DNA of 64,000 nt. Origin: an uncultured delta proteobacterium. GTDB taxonomy: Bacteria; Desulfobacterota; Binatia; UBA9968. The notes under the pieces were generated by a model that saw only the letters and a list, made by a program, of their open reading frames with translations, was not told the DNA's origin and searched no databases. Numbering within the stretch: position 1 is the stretch's first letter; each line of letters starts with the position of its first letter. Location: NCBI GenBank assembly GCA_963771465.1, contig CAVYTU010000015.1, positions 1,184,001-1,248,000 on the forward strand, in the 5' to 3' direction. Positions 40,694 to 50,281 of this stretch are shown piece after piece. Both the position numbers and the translations under genes were made by a program.

Positions 40694-41203
40694 CTATCCG
40701 TAAATGCGATTTATAAAGACATGCGCATACCAAATTTTATTTTCAGCCGTAGGAAAAATATTAATCTCGTAAATACCCGGTAGATCGCGCCACCTGGTAA
40801 CAGCGTGATTAGAGAAATCAGGCGTCGTATTTCGATCGAGACCAAGGTCTCCGAGAAATGTCCGTCCATCTTGGGGATAGGAATACCGCTGATATCTCTC
40901 GCTCAATTTTTGAATCCATATTGTCAGATATCTTGCTCCTCCTTCGATATAGGTGATCTGAATAGCTTCATTCATATACGCGGCCCGTATTGATGGATAG
41001 GTATTGCCGCGGCTACTTCTAAATAAATCATCGACTAACTTGGACGGTTTTCCCAAAATCTTTTCAACGTCCGCCGGAGGCCTATCGGTGACCTTTTTCA
41101 AATCGAAGAGGAACTTTTCCTGTGCTGCGGAATAGTCAAACACAAACAAAGTAAGCAACAATCCTGTAACAGAGATAATCTCCTTCAGACCCATAAACTT
41201 CAT
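40694..41203 (-). CDS. Hypothetical exported protein
   Basis: 169 aa, signal peptide, GGAGG RBS, AT-richer than the backbone. Confidence 0.7.
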   Translation of the reverse strand: MKFMGLKEIISVTGLLLTLFVFDYSAAQEKFLFDLKKVTDRPPADVEKILGKPSKLVDDLFRSSRGNTYPSIRAAYMNEAIQITYIEGGARYLTIWIQKLSERYQRYSYPQDGRTFLGDLGLDRNTTPDFSNHAVTRWRDLPGIYEINIFPTAENKIWYAHVFINRIYG

Positions 41204-41553
41204 CTCTTGTCACCTCCCTGACCTGAGCTATAATGCCGGCAGCGTCCCTCAACCACTTCGACGTTTGGCTGCGGTAAAATTGAATCTGAGGAGTTTAGAT
41301 TCTCGTAGCACGTGTAACCAGTTAAGAACACGAGCCAATTTTTTTGTTTTTGCCATTACTTTGCCAGAAGAAACCGCCGCAAAAATTCGAATGATGTCAC
41401 GAGCGAGCATACGAATCGTCCTGCGCAGCGGCAAAAATTACTCGCCGTGCGCTAGACTCCGCCCATGGCCGGATTAGCCGGCAAATCTCCAACGGTTCGG
41501 GATGGAGAGAGTCGCCAAAGCGCCATCCACAGTTATCAGAGAAAAATATCCGT

Positions 41554-41674
41554 CGAAATCTCGATGAATCTTTTGCTAACTAGCAAAGTAATGGCAAAGT
41601 AAACGGCGAGAATGCACTTCTGCAACGCGAGCAGAAAACTAACTGGTTGGAATTAAAGAAGTAAAAATGTGGCC
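41554..41674 (+). repeat. att-flank direct repeat, copy 1 (partner 52594-52702)
   Basis: Shared GGCAAAGTA.ACGGCGA.AATGCACTT...CAACGCGAGCAGAAA..TAACTGGTTGGA..TAAAGAAGTAAAAATGTGGCC. Confidence 0.85.
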
Positions 41675-41973
41675 GAACCAATGCAAAAACTAATGCTGAC
41701 TAGCGCCGGCAACCCCGCGGCCAATCCCACGGACGACATCTTGCTGCTTAAATCTTTTCTAAAGCACGGATTAGACTAACAGCATTCACCACCAGCACGG
41801 TTCTTTCCTTATTGAAATTCTCTTCCTGAAGGTCCTGGAAGAGACGGGTAACTTAAGACGTGAGACTCTTGCGGAAACGGATCATCGGAACTTCTTCGAA
41901 TTCATGATTCACCGCCTTGCCGTCAGAAAGCGAAATATCGGTCGGATTCAGACGACAAAAAGGCGAGCAACGG

Positions 41974-42762
41974 TTAACGTCGCTTGACGACAATGAACTC
42001 TTGAGCTGAACCCGGAGGGCAGGCAGCGAGCTTTGAGCCCGAATTCGCTGGCAGTCGAGGATCCGCGACAATAAAAAGTTCATAATTTCTCCCAACGCTC
42101 GAAGAGCCTTCCACCCCGACCGTCAAATTTGACCGCCATGTGCCCATTGTCCTATCGATCGTTGCTAATTCCTGCTTCCAATAACCGTCTGTGTTAACTG
42201 GATGTACGATCGGCAATAGCGATTTGAAATTTGCGCTGAGGAAACCGGTCGCCAAAACATTCCGGGGCACGGATGAGTTTGGAGTTGGGTTGGTAAAGAG
42301 TAGAAGTGGACCCAACCTGACGATTTGATCGTAAATCTCGTCCGTGGCCTCTCCTACCGCAGCGAGAAAATTATTATCAACACGTCGGCCATTAAAAGTA
42401 GCAAGTGACACGCCAGCAAGATCGCTTGGAATTTTCGGCGGCTTGCTCGAGTCGTAAATCATAAATGTACGATCTGGTCCCAGTCGTCCTAAAAACATTC
42501 CGGCTTCTAAAAGAACATTATCTCGTGGCCCAATAGTAGGGTTACCCCGACTTTCAACAAGATCATCCTGCGTAAGAACCAGAACGGCGAAATCAAATTG
42601 TGCTAATGCTTTTAGAAGGCTCTCAAGATTCCCACGATTAAGGCCGAATACGCCGTCTTTCCAAATCGTGATTTCAGCAACTTCTTTAAGTTGTTGCCTC
42701 ACCTTTCGAGCGATTTTAAGACCCTCCGCAGATGAACCAATGAACAGTGTTGGTGCAGCCAT
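41974..42762 (-). CDS. TIR-domain protein (Cap12/PycTIR-type) with beta-rich C-terminal domain
   Basis: FIGSSAEG, FDFAVLVLTQDD, PRDNVLLEAGMFLGRLG. Confidence 0.88.
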   Translation of the reverse strand: MAAPTLFIGSSAEGLKIARKVRQQLKEVAEITIWKDGVFGLNRGNLESLLKALAQFDFAVLVLTQDDLVESRGNPTIGPRDNVLLEAGMFLGRLGPDRTFMIYDSSKPPKIPSDLAGVSLATFNGRRVDNNFLAAVGEATDEIYDQIVRLGPLLLFTNPTPNSSVPRNVLATGFLSANFKSLLPIVHPVNTDGYWKQELATIDRTMGTWRSNLTVGVEGSSSVGRNYELFIVADPRLPANSGSKLAACPPGSAQEFIVVKRR

Positions 42763-43479
42763 ACCCCACTCCTTTGTGCTCGCGCCGTTGAAACCGCGGG
42801 TGCCTTCTCGTCCACCAAACTGGATCACTTTCAATGGCCGAACTCATTCCCCGGGGCGACTCACGGGAACAATTATTTGAACAACGTGAACAATATGCAC
42901 TTCTAAAATCCTAATAACAAAGCGCAGGGATTCAAAAAATACGGGAGGTGCTACTGAACGAATGGATTCATATCGCCGAAAGCAGTGAGGTTGATTTAAT
43001 AAGCTCTGTAACTAAATAGTTGACTCGATCCAATGAACTGCTCGCGAGAAAAGAAAATTGCCAGAAGCTGAATGAGTTGTTAGCGTATGTCGCAGTGCCT
43101 GTCGGAGCCGTGGAGACAATGATCGGAATGCTCCCAATACTTAGCTCTGCAATCGGGGTGGCGAGCCTCGGGTTCAATTTCGACGCAAAGAGTATCGATA
43201 AAAAACCAGGTGGCGTCCGTTGCTGCGCTAATAATTCGCCCGTTGAGCCTTCGCTTGCGGCCAGAATAGTGTCCTTCCCTACAGCGAAATGTCTGTGGCA
43301 CCGGCAGCGGCCAAAACCCCAGCCCTGCTGAGTTTGCCGGGTAGGACCAGTGTTCGTGCGATTAAATGAATTCAACTGTACGCGCGCTATCCCCTATGCG
43401 CTAACTCATTTGATGGCGCCAACGAGTTTTCTCGACTTGTTGACGAATACGCACATGGGCAACTATAAGACTTCCTAAG

Positions 43480-44085
43480 ATGGCTGCGATTCGACGATTC
43501 GTCCTCGGCGTCGATCTTGACGGAGTGTGCGCCGATTTCTACCGGGGTCTTCGTCCTATTGCCGCTGAATGGTTGGGTGTGGACGTCGCCACCCTGCCGG
43601 AGCGTGTTTCTTGGGGGCTACCCGAATGGGGAATTGACAAGGCACCCGGTGGATACGAGGCGCTTCATCGATTCGCAGTTACTCAGAGGGACCTGTTTCG
43701 GATTTTACCTCCGATGCCAGGCGCACCAGCTGCCCTTCGGCAGCTATCAGCGGCCGATGTGCGTATCCGTGTTATTACCCATCGTTTCTTTATCAAATTC
43801 TTCCACCAAGTGGCTGCGCGTCAAACTATTGAGTGGCTGGACCATCACGACATCCCCTATTGGGATTTGTGTTTCATGCAGGAGAAGGCAGCGGTCGGTG
43901 CCGACCTATACATTGAAGACTCGCCGACCAACGTCGAACGCCTCAGGGCCCAGCGGCTCAACACAATCGTATTTACGAATTCAACTAATGAGCACGTCGA
44001 TCCTCCGCGAGCGAATACTTGGACTCAACTTGTCGAACTAGTTCTAGAAGAAAAAATGCAATGGCAAAAGCAGAACGACAGCTGA
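43480..44085 (+). CDS. HAD-family 5'(3')-deoxyribonucleotidase (NT5C-like)
   Basis: GVDLDGV, PMPGA, VITHR, ADLYIEDSP. Confidence 0.85.
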   Translation: MAAIRRFVLGVDLDGVCADFYRGLRPIAAEWLGVDVATLPERVSWGLPEWGIDKAPGGYEALHRFAVTQRDLFRILPPMPGAPAALRQLSAADVRIRVITHRFFIKFFHQVAARQTIEWLDHHDIPYWDLCFMQEKAAVGADLYIEDSPTNVERLRAQRLNTIVFTNSTNEHVDPPRANTWTQLVELVLEEKMQWQKQNDS

Positions 44086-44115
44086 GACACTCAAGTACGC
44101 CTTTGCCGCGTTTAT

Positions 44116-44152
44116 TATCCGCAAAGGCTGGTCAGTATATTACTAGTTATGT
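44116..44152 (+). mobile_element. attI-like site 1
   Basis: GCAAAGGCTGGTCAGTATATTACTA directly followed by cassette core GTTATGT at 44146. Confidence 0.55.
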
Positions 44153-44336
44153 CGCAGGAGTCGCTCGACATTCCGACGGAATGGTGGCTTGACTAGTCTG
44201 GGCTTCCGGATCGGCTAAAATGGTGCGGATTTTACGGCTTATTGACGCGGAAATGTCGGCCAAGCCAATGCCCTTCGACTGCAAACGCATCGTTTTGCTG
44301 CGGCTTCGGGCGGCTCATCACGAATGGAGAAGTGAC

Positions 44337-44822
44337 ATGATGAAGCAAGCAAAGAACACGATTTGTCTTTGGTACGATGGCGACGCCGAGGACGCGGCGC
44401 GATTTTACGCCAAGACCTTTCCCGATTCATCCGTTGGCGCGGTGCACCCCGCACCGGGAGACTTTCCGTCCGGGAAGAAAGGGGATGTGTTGACGGTCGA
44501 ATTTACCGTGATGGGAATTCCCTGCCTCGGGCTCAATGGCGGACCCGCGTTCAAGCACAACGAAGCGTTCTCGTTTCAGGTCGCAACCGCAGACCAGGCC
44601 GAAACTGATCGTTACTGGAACGCGATCGTCGGCAACGGCGGCAAAGAGAGTGCGTGCGGCTGGTGCAAGGACAAATGGGGATTGTCCTGGCAGATTACGC
44701 CGATCGTTCTGACCAAAGCGATAACCGATCCCGATCCCGCTGCCGCCAAGCGCGCGTTCGATGCGATGATGGAGATGAAAAAGATCGACATCGCTGCAAT
44801 CGAGGCAGCGCGCCGCGATTGA
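44337..44822 (+). CDS. VOC/PhnB-like (3-demethylubiquinone-9 3-methyltransferase-like) cassette gene
   Basis: CLWYDGDAEDAARFY, LNGGPAF, CGWCKDKWGLSWQI. Confidence 0.9.
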   Translation: MMKQAKNTICLWYDGDAEDAARFYAKTFPDSSVGAVHPAPGDFPSGKKGDVLTVEFTVMGIPCLGLNGGPAFKHNEAFSFQVATADQAETDRYWNAIVGNGGKESACGWCKDKWGLSWQITPIVLTKAITDPDPAAAKRAFDAMMEMKKIDIAAIEAARRD

Positions 44823-44888
44823 AGTTGCAATCTTCGAAGCGTGCATGCCCTTCTCTATCGAAGTCGTTCCGCGGCCACGCGGCGTGCG

Positions 44889-44990
44889 ACATAACCCGCC
44901 GCTGGAGCGGACCGCGGCGGCGGTATACTTGGTTTGCGGTCGAGCGTCGCGCGTGCGCCGCCGCGGCCGCTCAACGGCCTTCCGTTAGGC
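44889..44990 (+). mobile_element. attC site
   Basis: ACATAAC...GAGCGGACCGCGGCGGCG/CGCCGCCGCGGCCGCTC...GTTAGGC imperfect palindrome. Confidence 0.85.
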
Positions 44991-45088
44991 TGACGATTCT
45001 ATCCACAGACTCGAACAGCTCAGCGTGTGGTTTCGATTAAAGAGCAACAGGGAACTCATTGAGTTCTGAAACGCGACATCAGGAGCCT

Positions 45089-45477
45089 ATTATTAAGCTT
45101 AAAGCAGTGCTGACCGTTTCGGCGATTTACCAGGCTGTTGTTGGCCTCGGGATGATGCTCGCTCCCCGGCAGTTTGGTATCGATGCTGTCCCAGCGGATT
45201 CCCCCCGGCGCTGATCGCCTTCCTCCGAATCTTCGGCGGTCCGATGCTTGGGATTGCAGTGCTTAACTGGATGGCTCGGAACGCAGAGCCTTCCGCTGCA
45301 CGAAACGCCATTGTCCTTGCAAATATCGTGGGGTTTGGTTGCGTAACTCTCATGGACGTATGGGGTGTGTTCACTGGTGGCGCCCGCCCGATTGCGAAAC
45401 TGTTCCTTCTGATTCATTTGCTTTTGACTGTCGCCTTCGTCGTTGCATGGCGAACCATCAAGGCGGAAAGGATTTGA
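45089..45477 (+). pseudogene. Cassette-borne small membrane protein, frameshifted
   Basis: KLKAVLTVSAIYQAVVGLGMML... joins ORF 45244-45477 across a C-run; no ATG after the AGGAG. Confidence 0.55.
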
Positions 45478-45489
45478 GACGATGACGCG

Positions 45490-45546
45490 CTCCGGTTGCA
45501 AGCGAACGCCCTCGTGGGCCGGGTCGCTGAGCTTGGGGCGTTAGGG
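45490..45546 (+). mobile_element. Partial attC (right arm)
   Basis: GTCGCTGAGCTTGGGGCGTTAGGG, near identical to the right arm at 52241-52265 on the minus strand. Confidence 0.65.
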
Positions 45547-45646
45547 CGCGAGCGCCTACAGCCGATAGGCGGAAAACGAATTTGATTCTCAATCAAGTAG
45601 TCCGCCCGAATAAGTTCGACTTGCTGGCGGTACTTGTCGATACTAA

Positions 45647-45683
45647 TTTCTGCAAAAGCTGGTCAGTATATTACAGTTAGGCG
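45647..45683 (+). mobile_element. attI-like site 2
   Basis: GCAAAAGCTGGTCAGTATATTACA directly followed by GTTAGGC at 45677. Confidence 0.55.
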
Positions 45684-45703
45684 TCACAGGGGGATCTTAT
45701 TCG

Positions 45704-46474
45704 GTGAACACGTCTTTGCCCGAGAACTGCTTTATCTCACATTCGTATGCCGACTCTGCCGCGCGTGAACGACTTATTCGTAATCTCCCCGACGGCGTAC
45801 GGCCCTTTGTATTCCCGCCTATCCAGGCAGAGCCGCATGAGTTTGTGAGCAAGCCACTAATCGACGCGATACTTGCCTGCGAAGGTCTCATTTACTTTCG
45901 CGGCGGCGCCTCGGACAAATCCTTTTGGGTAGCCTTGGAGCGAGACTATGCTTTACGTTCCGGCAAGCCGGTCTTCTGCTACGACGTCGCAACATCTGAA
46001 CTCTCGCGGGATACCGAGAGGCAGCTAGATCTGGCTGTCTTTGCATCCTATACGCACAATGACCGTACGCGAGTTAGGCAGATCTGCGATTTTCTGGGTC
46101 AAGAACGAAACTTCGATGTCTGGCTAATCTGAATTCTGGGGGTCTTTGGGAGAAAGAGATTGACGAGGGACTTGCTGATCGACTGAAACGCGGCGGCTAT
46201 GTCATTGCATTTTGGTCCGATAGTGCAAGTCGATCCAAGGAGATTGAGAAGGAGCTCGCGGCAGCAGCAGCAAATATTGAGCAGCTAAATGACAAAGTCC
46301 TCTTCGCGCTTCTTGAGCCCAGCCGGCTTCCCGAGTTCTGGCAACGGTTCCACGAGCCGTACGTCCAGCTCTATGGCGATTCCGATCGCTCTGAGACTCA
46401 TCGGATTGATGATCTCGTGGTGCGGTGTATTGGTTGATCTATCGGAAGACAAAGTCCACGGAGGCGATGCCTAA
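45704..46474 (+). pseudogene. Tandem TIR-like domain cassette gene, disrupted
   Basis: CFISHSYAD...SFWVALERDYA; second VFASYTHND...DVWL; then FWSDSASRSKEIEKE after a stop. Confidence 0.7.
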
Positions 46475-46534
46475 TCCATCGCACAAGCGGACAGACGTCG
46501 GCAAGTAGGAGTCTGTCGCTAATAAACGTTAGGC
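46469..46534 (+). mobile_element. Degenerate attC site
   Basis: GCCTAAT...GCGGACAGAC/GTCTGTCGC...GTTAGGC. Confidence 0.65.
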
Positions 46535-46554
46535 TGCACCCCGCCGAGTTTGAG

Positions 46555-46818
46555 ATGTCGCGATATCGCGGAAATATCGGTAACCTACTTCAGCATTCTG
46601 TGCTGGGTGAATTGCTCTGCTCCGCGAATTCGCAATGGGACAACATTCGATTCGTGGATGCCTATGCGATGGCTCCACTCGCAAAAGAACGATTCAAATC
46701 CGGCTGGTCGGCGGCGATCTTCGATCACGCCCGCGATCTATCTCCTGCAAACTCAACGTACGAGCGCACTTGGCGCATACGGATCCAGAATAATTCCGGT
46801 TATCCCACAGCGCGTTGA
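46555..46818 (+). pseudogene. Truncated cassette ORF (weak RlmJ-like N-terminus)
   Basis: GNIGNLLQH...FVDAYAM immediately after the attC. Confidence 0.35.
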
Positions 46819-47067
46819 TCATGCCTTGTGTTCTCGATGGAGAGAGCCGACAAACGTTCGACTGAGCCATCTCCTAAGGTCTCAATGCATCATGTCGAGC
46901 CCACCCGACACGGGACTATGGATTCTCGTAGCACCTGTAACTGCTAAATAATAAAAGATAAATTTTCTGCCAAATCAAACCCTCGGAGAGATAGCAGGCG
47001 GCACTCGCTGTGGGTCCGCAAGTGTTGAGTACGTTGGATTCAAAACCAAGGTTTGACTCGCGCGACA

Positions 47068-47190
47068 CAGCATCACGACCGAACGGAACGAAGTAGTCGC
47101 ACCGATTCACAACCGTATGCCGGCGGTGCTAGCAGACGGCGACGCACTCGAATTGCTCAGTGGCGGCGAGATCACCGACCGTTTTTGAAA
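47068..47190 (+). pseudogene. SOS-response-associated peptidase (SRAP) C-terminal fragment
   Basis: SITTERNEVVAPIHNRMPAVL. Confidence 0.65.
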
Positions 47191-48306
47191 ATCAAACCAC
47201 CACGAAGTTGACATGATGAGTTCAACCGAATAGCGGTCCCACCCACCAAACTCAGCAGAACCTAATGAGCTAGAGTTGTGGACGGCGCCGGTGCTACAGA
47301 CATTTCGGGGCAAAGAGCCGTTCTTCCGCCGTGGGCGAGGTTTCAAGAGGAACGGGTGATTGTCTCCCGCGCCGACCGTCTGAATCAGATGATAAAAGTT
47401 TTGGTTCTGATGATCCAGCTTCCTGCACGGCGGTCGCTCTATTCGGCATTTCGCCATAAGCGAGCACAGTCACAGGAGCGATTCTCACCCACGTTCACGA
47501 CTCGGACACCGCTGGCTGATGCGCTGTTTATGCTACCTAATCGGGCTATTCTGCCGGTGACGGTTTATCGAAACCTGTCTCACACGTGGGCCAAACTTCC
47601 CCAAACTTATTTCGCCGCTCAGGTACCCTGATTGCTCTACTAGCGAGACATCGAGTGAGGTACGGATGATGTACGAAGTCTTAATTCCAACAACGGTAGC
47701 GATGGTCCTACTGCCATTTAATTTTTGGAGTGCAGCGGAAATCGTGCTGTGGGTGGCGTTGGTCACTGTGTCTTGGGAACTTCGCGATGCTGTTCTTGAT
47801 AAGCTTTGCGAGTGCGTCGCTCAAACGCGCTGACCATTAACTTAACTCGTTTTTAGTCTTTCGCTACGTCAGATTTGCATCAATCCCGGCCTGCCGTAGC
47901 AAGCTCTACCCCAACTTCCGAAATAATTCTCAGCGGCGCGTACTAGAGTCGGAAACTCGCGTCGGCATTGGGTACGACCCAGTCCTTGGTGACGACGATG
48001 CATTGAGACAGTAGCTTCAATATCTTTTGGTCGCGGGAGAAACTAAAAGGTTGACAGAGTCGGGTTACGCCGTGACTACGGCTTCCCCAGCAGCTGAGAG
48101 CTGACTTTTACTTCAGGTGGTCGGTCGCGTCAATCGGGAAATGTGAACGCCGCTCGTTGAATGTTGCGGCGAGCGGAGAAGTGCCGACGTGACGGATAGA
48201 TTTTTGTTAGATAAACGTCTGAAGGAAAACTCTCGAAGCTGTCCTAAGTTCTCTGACATTTTGCGAGTTGGACAAACATCTAGCAGCGCTTTTCTTGCAT
48301 TACTTG

Positions 48307-48323
48307 TTGGTATGCCGTTTGCG
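48307..48323 (+). promoter_or_regulatory. Possible sigma54 promoter
   Basis: TTGGTATGCCGTTTGCG with GG-N10-GC spacing upstream of 48368. Confidence 0.4.
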
Positions 48324-48367
48324 TTTCACTTGTGAGTTAGTACTCACGCTAACTAAAGGAGATCACT

Positions 48368-48769
48368 ATGGGATTCTTCGACAAGATTCTCGCGAAACTG
48401 GGCTTCGGCGGCACTGCCGAAAACCCGACTACTATCCCGACATCCGGCACGACGCCCACCAGCTCAAGCACGCCCCCGACCGCTTCATCAGCTCCCAAGC
48501 CGGTTGCGGTCGTCGATGTCGTCGCACAACTGGAGAAGCGCGCAGCGGCTAACCCGCAGAAGCTTAACTGGCGCACTTCCATCGTCGACCTACTAAAGCT
48601 GCTCGACATTGACAGCAGCCTCAGCGCGCGCAAGGAGTTGGCCACTGAGCTGGGCTGCCCCGCCGATCTTATGCAGGACTCTGCTAAGATGAACATGTGG
48701 CTGCACAAGACCGTGCTTGCCCGCATCGCTGCCAATGGCGGCAATGTCCCCAAGGACCTGCTCGACTGA
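48368..48769 (+). CDS. DUF3597 domain protein
   Basis: LNWRTSIVDLLKLLDIDSSLSARKELATELG...MNMWLHK; AAGGAG RBS. Confidence 0.9.
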   Translation: MGFFDKILAKLGFGGTAENPTTIPTSGTTPTSSSTPPTASSAPKPVAVVDVVAQLEKRAAANPQKLNWRTSIVDLLKLLDIDSSLSARKELATELGCPADLMQDSAKMNMWLHKTVLARIAANGGNVPKDLLD

Positions 48770-49575
48770 GCAGATCAGAGCGCACCGCAAGGACATCGTA
48801 GCGGCGTCCAAACATGTTGCAGGGATCGGGGAAGACACCGAAATACTAGCGAGAATCCGTCTAGAACCTTTCAGCGGGTTACATTGTAACGGGTTTAATA
48901 TCGGCAAAGGCCGCCGGCGTGGGGTTTCCGACCCGACTCCGCGGTTGCCGGTCAAAACGAATACGGCAATGTGGAAAACTCTTCAGCAACCCAAGCTTCG
49001 CTCAATATTCTAGCCAGCAATTGATGATTAATCGGTTTGGTCAGATGGTGGTCGAAGGCGCGAAAGCGGCCACTCCATGGGAAGTTCTTTCGTGCGAATG
49101 CGGCTCAAAATCCGTTCAAGCATTGTCTGGCTCGTTCCTTCTCGCTGGAACACAGTACTACAAACCGAGCTCTGCAAAGTCCGGAAAGTCCTTTAATTAA
49201 AAACAGTCGGGGTAGCGACGCGACGAACGAGCAGTATATTTCTGCGATGCGCGCACCATGACCGGCAAAACCTCCAAGGCGCTGGCTCAATTGGATGGCT
49301 ACAAAAGGCCGCTCGTCGGCTCGTTGTCGTCCAATCTCCGCGCTTCGGCATGGAAAGAGTCACCCAACTAGAGTCGCTTCAGGAGATCATCAAGGAGAGG
49401 ACGGATGGGAACGGCGATAATTCACACGAGACCAGTCCAATTACGACGGCAGATACGCAGAATGATGATTGACCAGCCCTCTGCCATCGTCAATCGACAA
49501 CAGACAATTCTATGAGAAAATCGGTCGAGGAAAGCGAGGGATGGACAAAGCGTCTAGCTATGTCATGCTGATGGC

Positions 49576-49764
49576 ATGGCCAAAAAAGCAAAGAAGAGAA
49601 TTGCAACGTCAAAGAGAAAGGCTACCGACTGGAGTATAGGGCAGCCGTTAGTCTTCCCTCAGGTAAAAAATCTCACCGACAACGATCGGCTAGCGCAAGA
49701 AATCGTGGAGGAAATCATAAGACGTCCTTTCAAATCCAAGCGAGAAAAGCGGAAGAAAAAATAG
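49576..49764 (+). CDS. Small basic hypothetical protein
   Basis: 62-aa Lys/Arg-rich ORF. Confidence 0.4.
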   Translation: MAKKAKKRIATSKRKATDWSIGQPLVFPQVKNLTDNDRLAQEIVEEIIRRPFKSKREKRKKK

Positions 49765-49814
49765 CTTCTAATCTCATCTGTGCTGGTGCTTATTCCCGTC
49801 CCACCACTCCTGTA

Positions 49815-50030
49815 ACGCGCGCTACGTGAAATCATCGAGCGACAACTGGAACATACCAAAGCACTGGAGAAAGCGAGGGGTCGCATCATTCCGTCCGCGA
49901 CTTAGAACGCGCCGGAGATTTCCCGATCCGCCGCGATGAAATGGTTGGCCACAAGACCGAATCGATTTACCGGCGCTATGCGATTGCCGACGAATCGATG
50001 CTGCAAGAGGCGGGTGAAAAGATGGAAATC
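49815..50030 (+). pseudogene. Tyrosine integrase C-terminal fragment
   Basis: Across frameshifts: ALREIIERQLEHTKALEK...VRDLERAG.SRSAAMK.VGHKTESIYRRYAIADESMLQEAG (box II His and catalytic Tyr). Confidence 0.8.
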
Positions 50031-50131
50031 GCAATACGTGCATCCTCGCGGCTCCAGCCGAACTCGCCATTCGAGGCCTGAAAGCTTCGGCGCGTCAGCT
50101 CCTTTGGAAACATCCAGTCCTTCACCAGGCG

Positions 50132-50194
50132 GTCTAACGAGTTGGCGATGAGCCGCGGCGAGAAGCGCCGTCGGCTCCATCGCTCTGGTTAGGT
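50132..50194 (-). mobile_element. attC site downstream of the prpE cassette gene
   Basis: Minus strand ACCTAACCAGAGCGATGGAGCCGACGGCG...CGCCGCGGCTCATCGCCAACTCGTTAGAC. Confidence 0.88.
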
Positions 50195-50281
50195 GCCAGC
50201 CTCGACGAGTTCGTATCGTAGGTGCCGCTGGAGTCATGATTCACCCGTATGGACTCTTGGTCGCTCACCTCGCCGTACCGA

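Noticed and set aside
42960-43375. ORFs on either strand between the TIR and nucleotidase genes
   Set aside because: The plus-strand frame is interrupted by a stop and neither frame has a recognisable motif; probably a gene remnant
44116-44152. Motif as an E. coli-type LexA box or a dif site
   Set aside because: Spacing is not CTG-N10-CAG, and there is no XerD arm TTATGTTAAAT in register
47200-48300. Possible ncRNA or genes in the long low-coding stretch
   Set aside because: No recognisable RNA motif, repeat or convincing ORF seen by eye; an Rfam scan would be needed
49815-50030. Integron integrase intI
   Set aside because: The GHKTESIYRRY fragment resembles phage/island integrases rather than the IntI LLGH.DV.TT.IYTH pattern, and it is not intact
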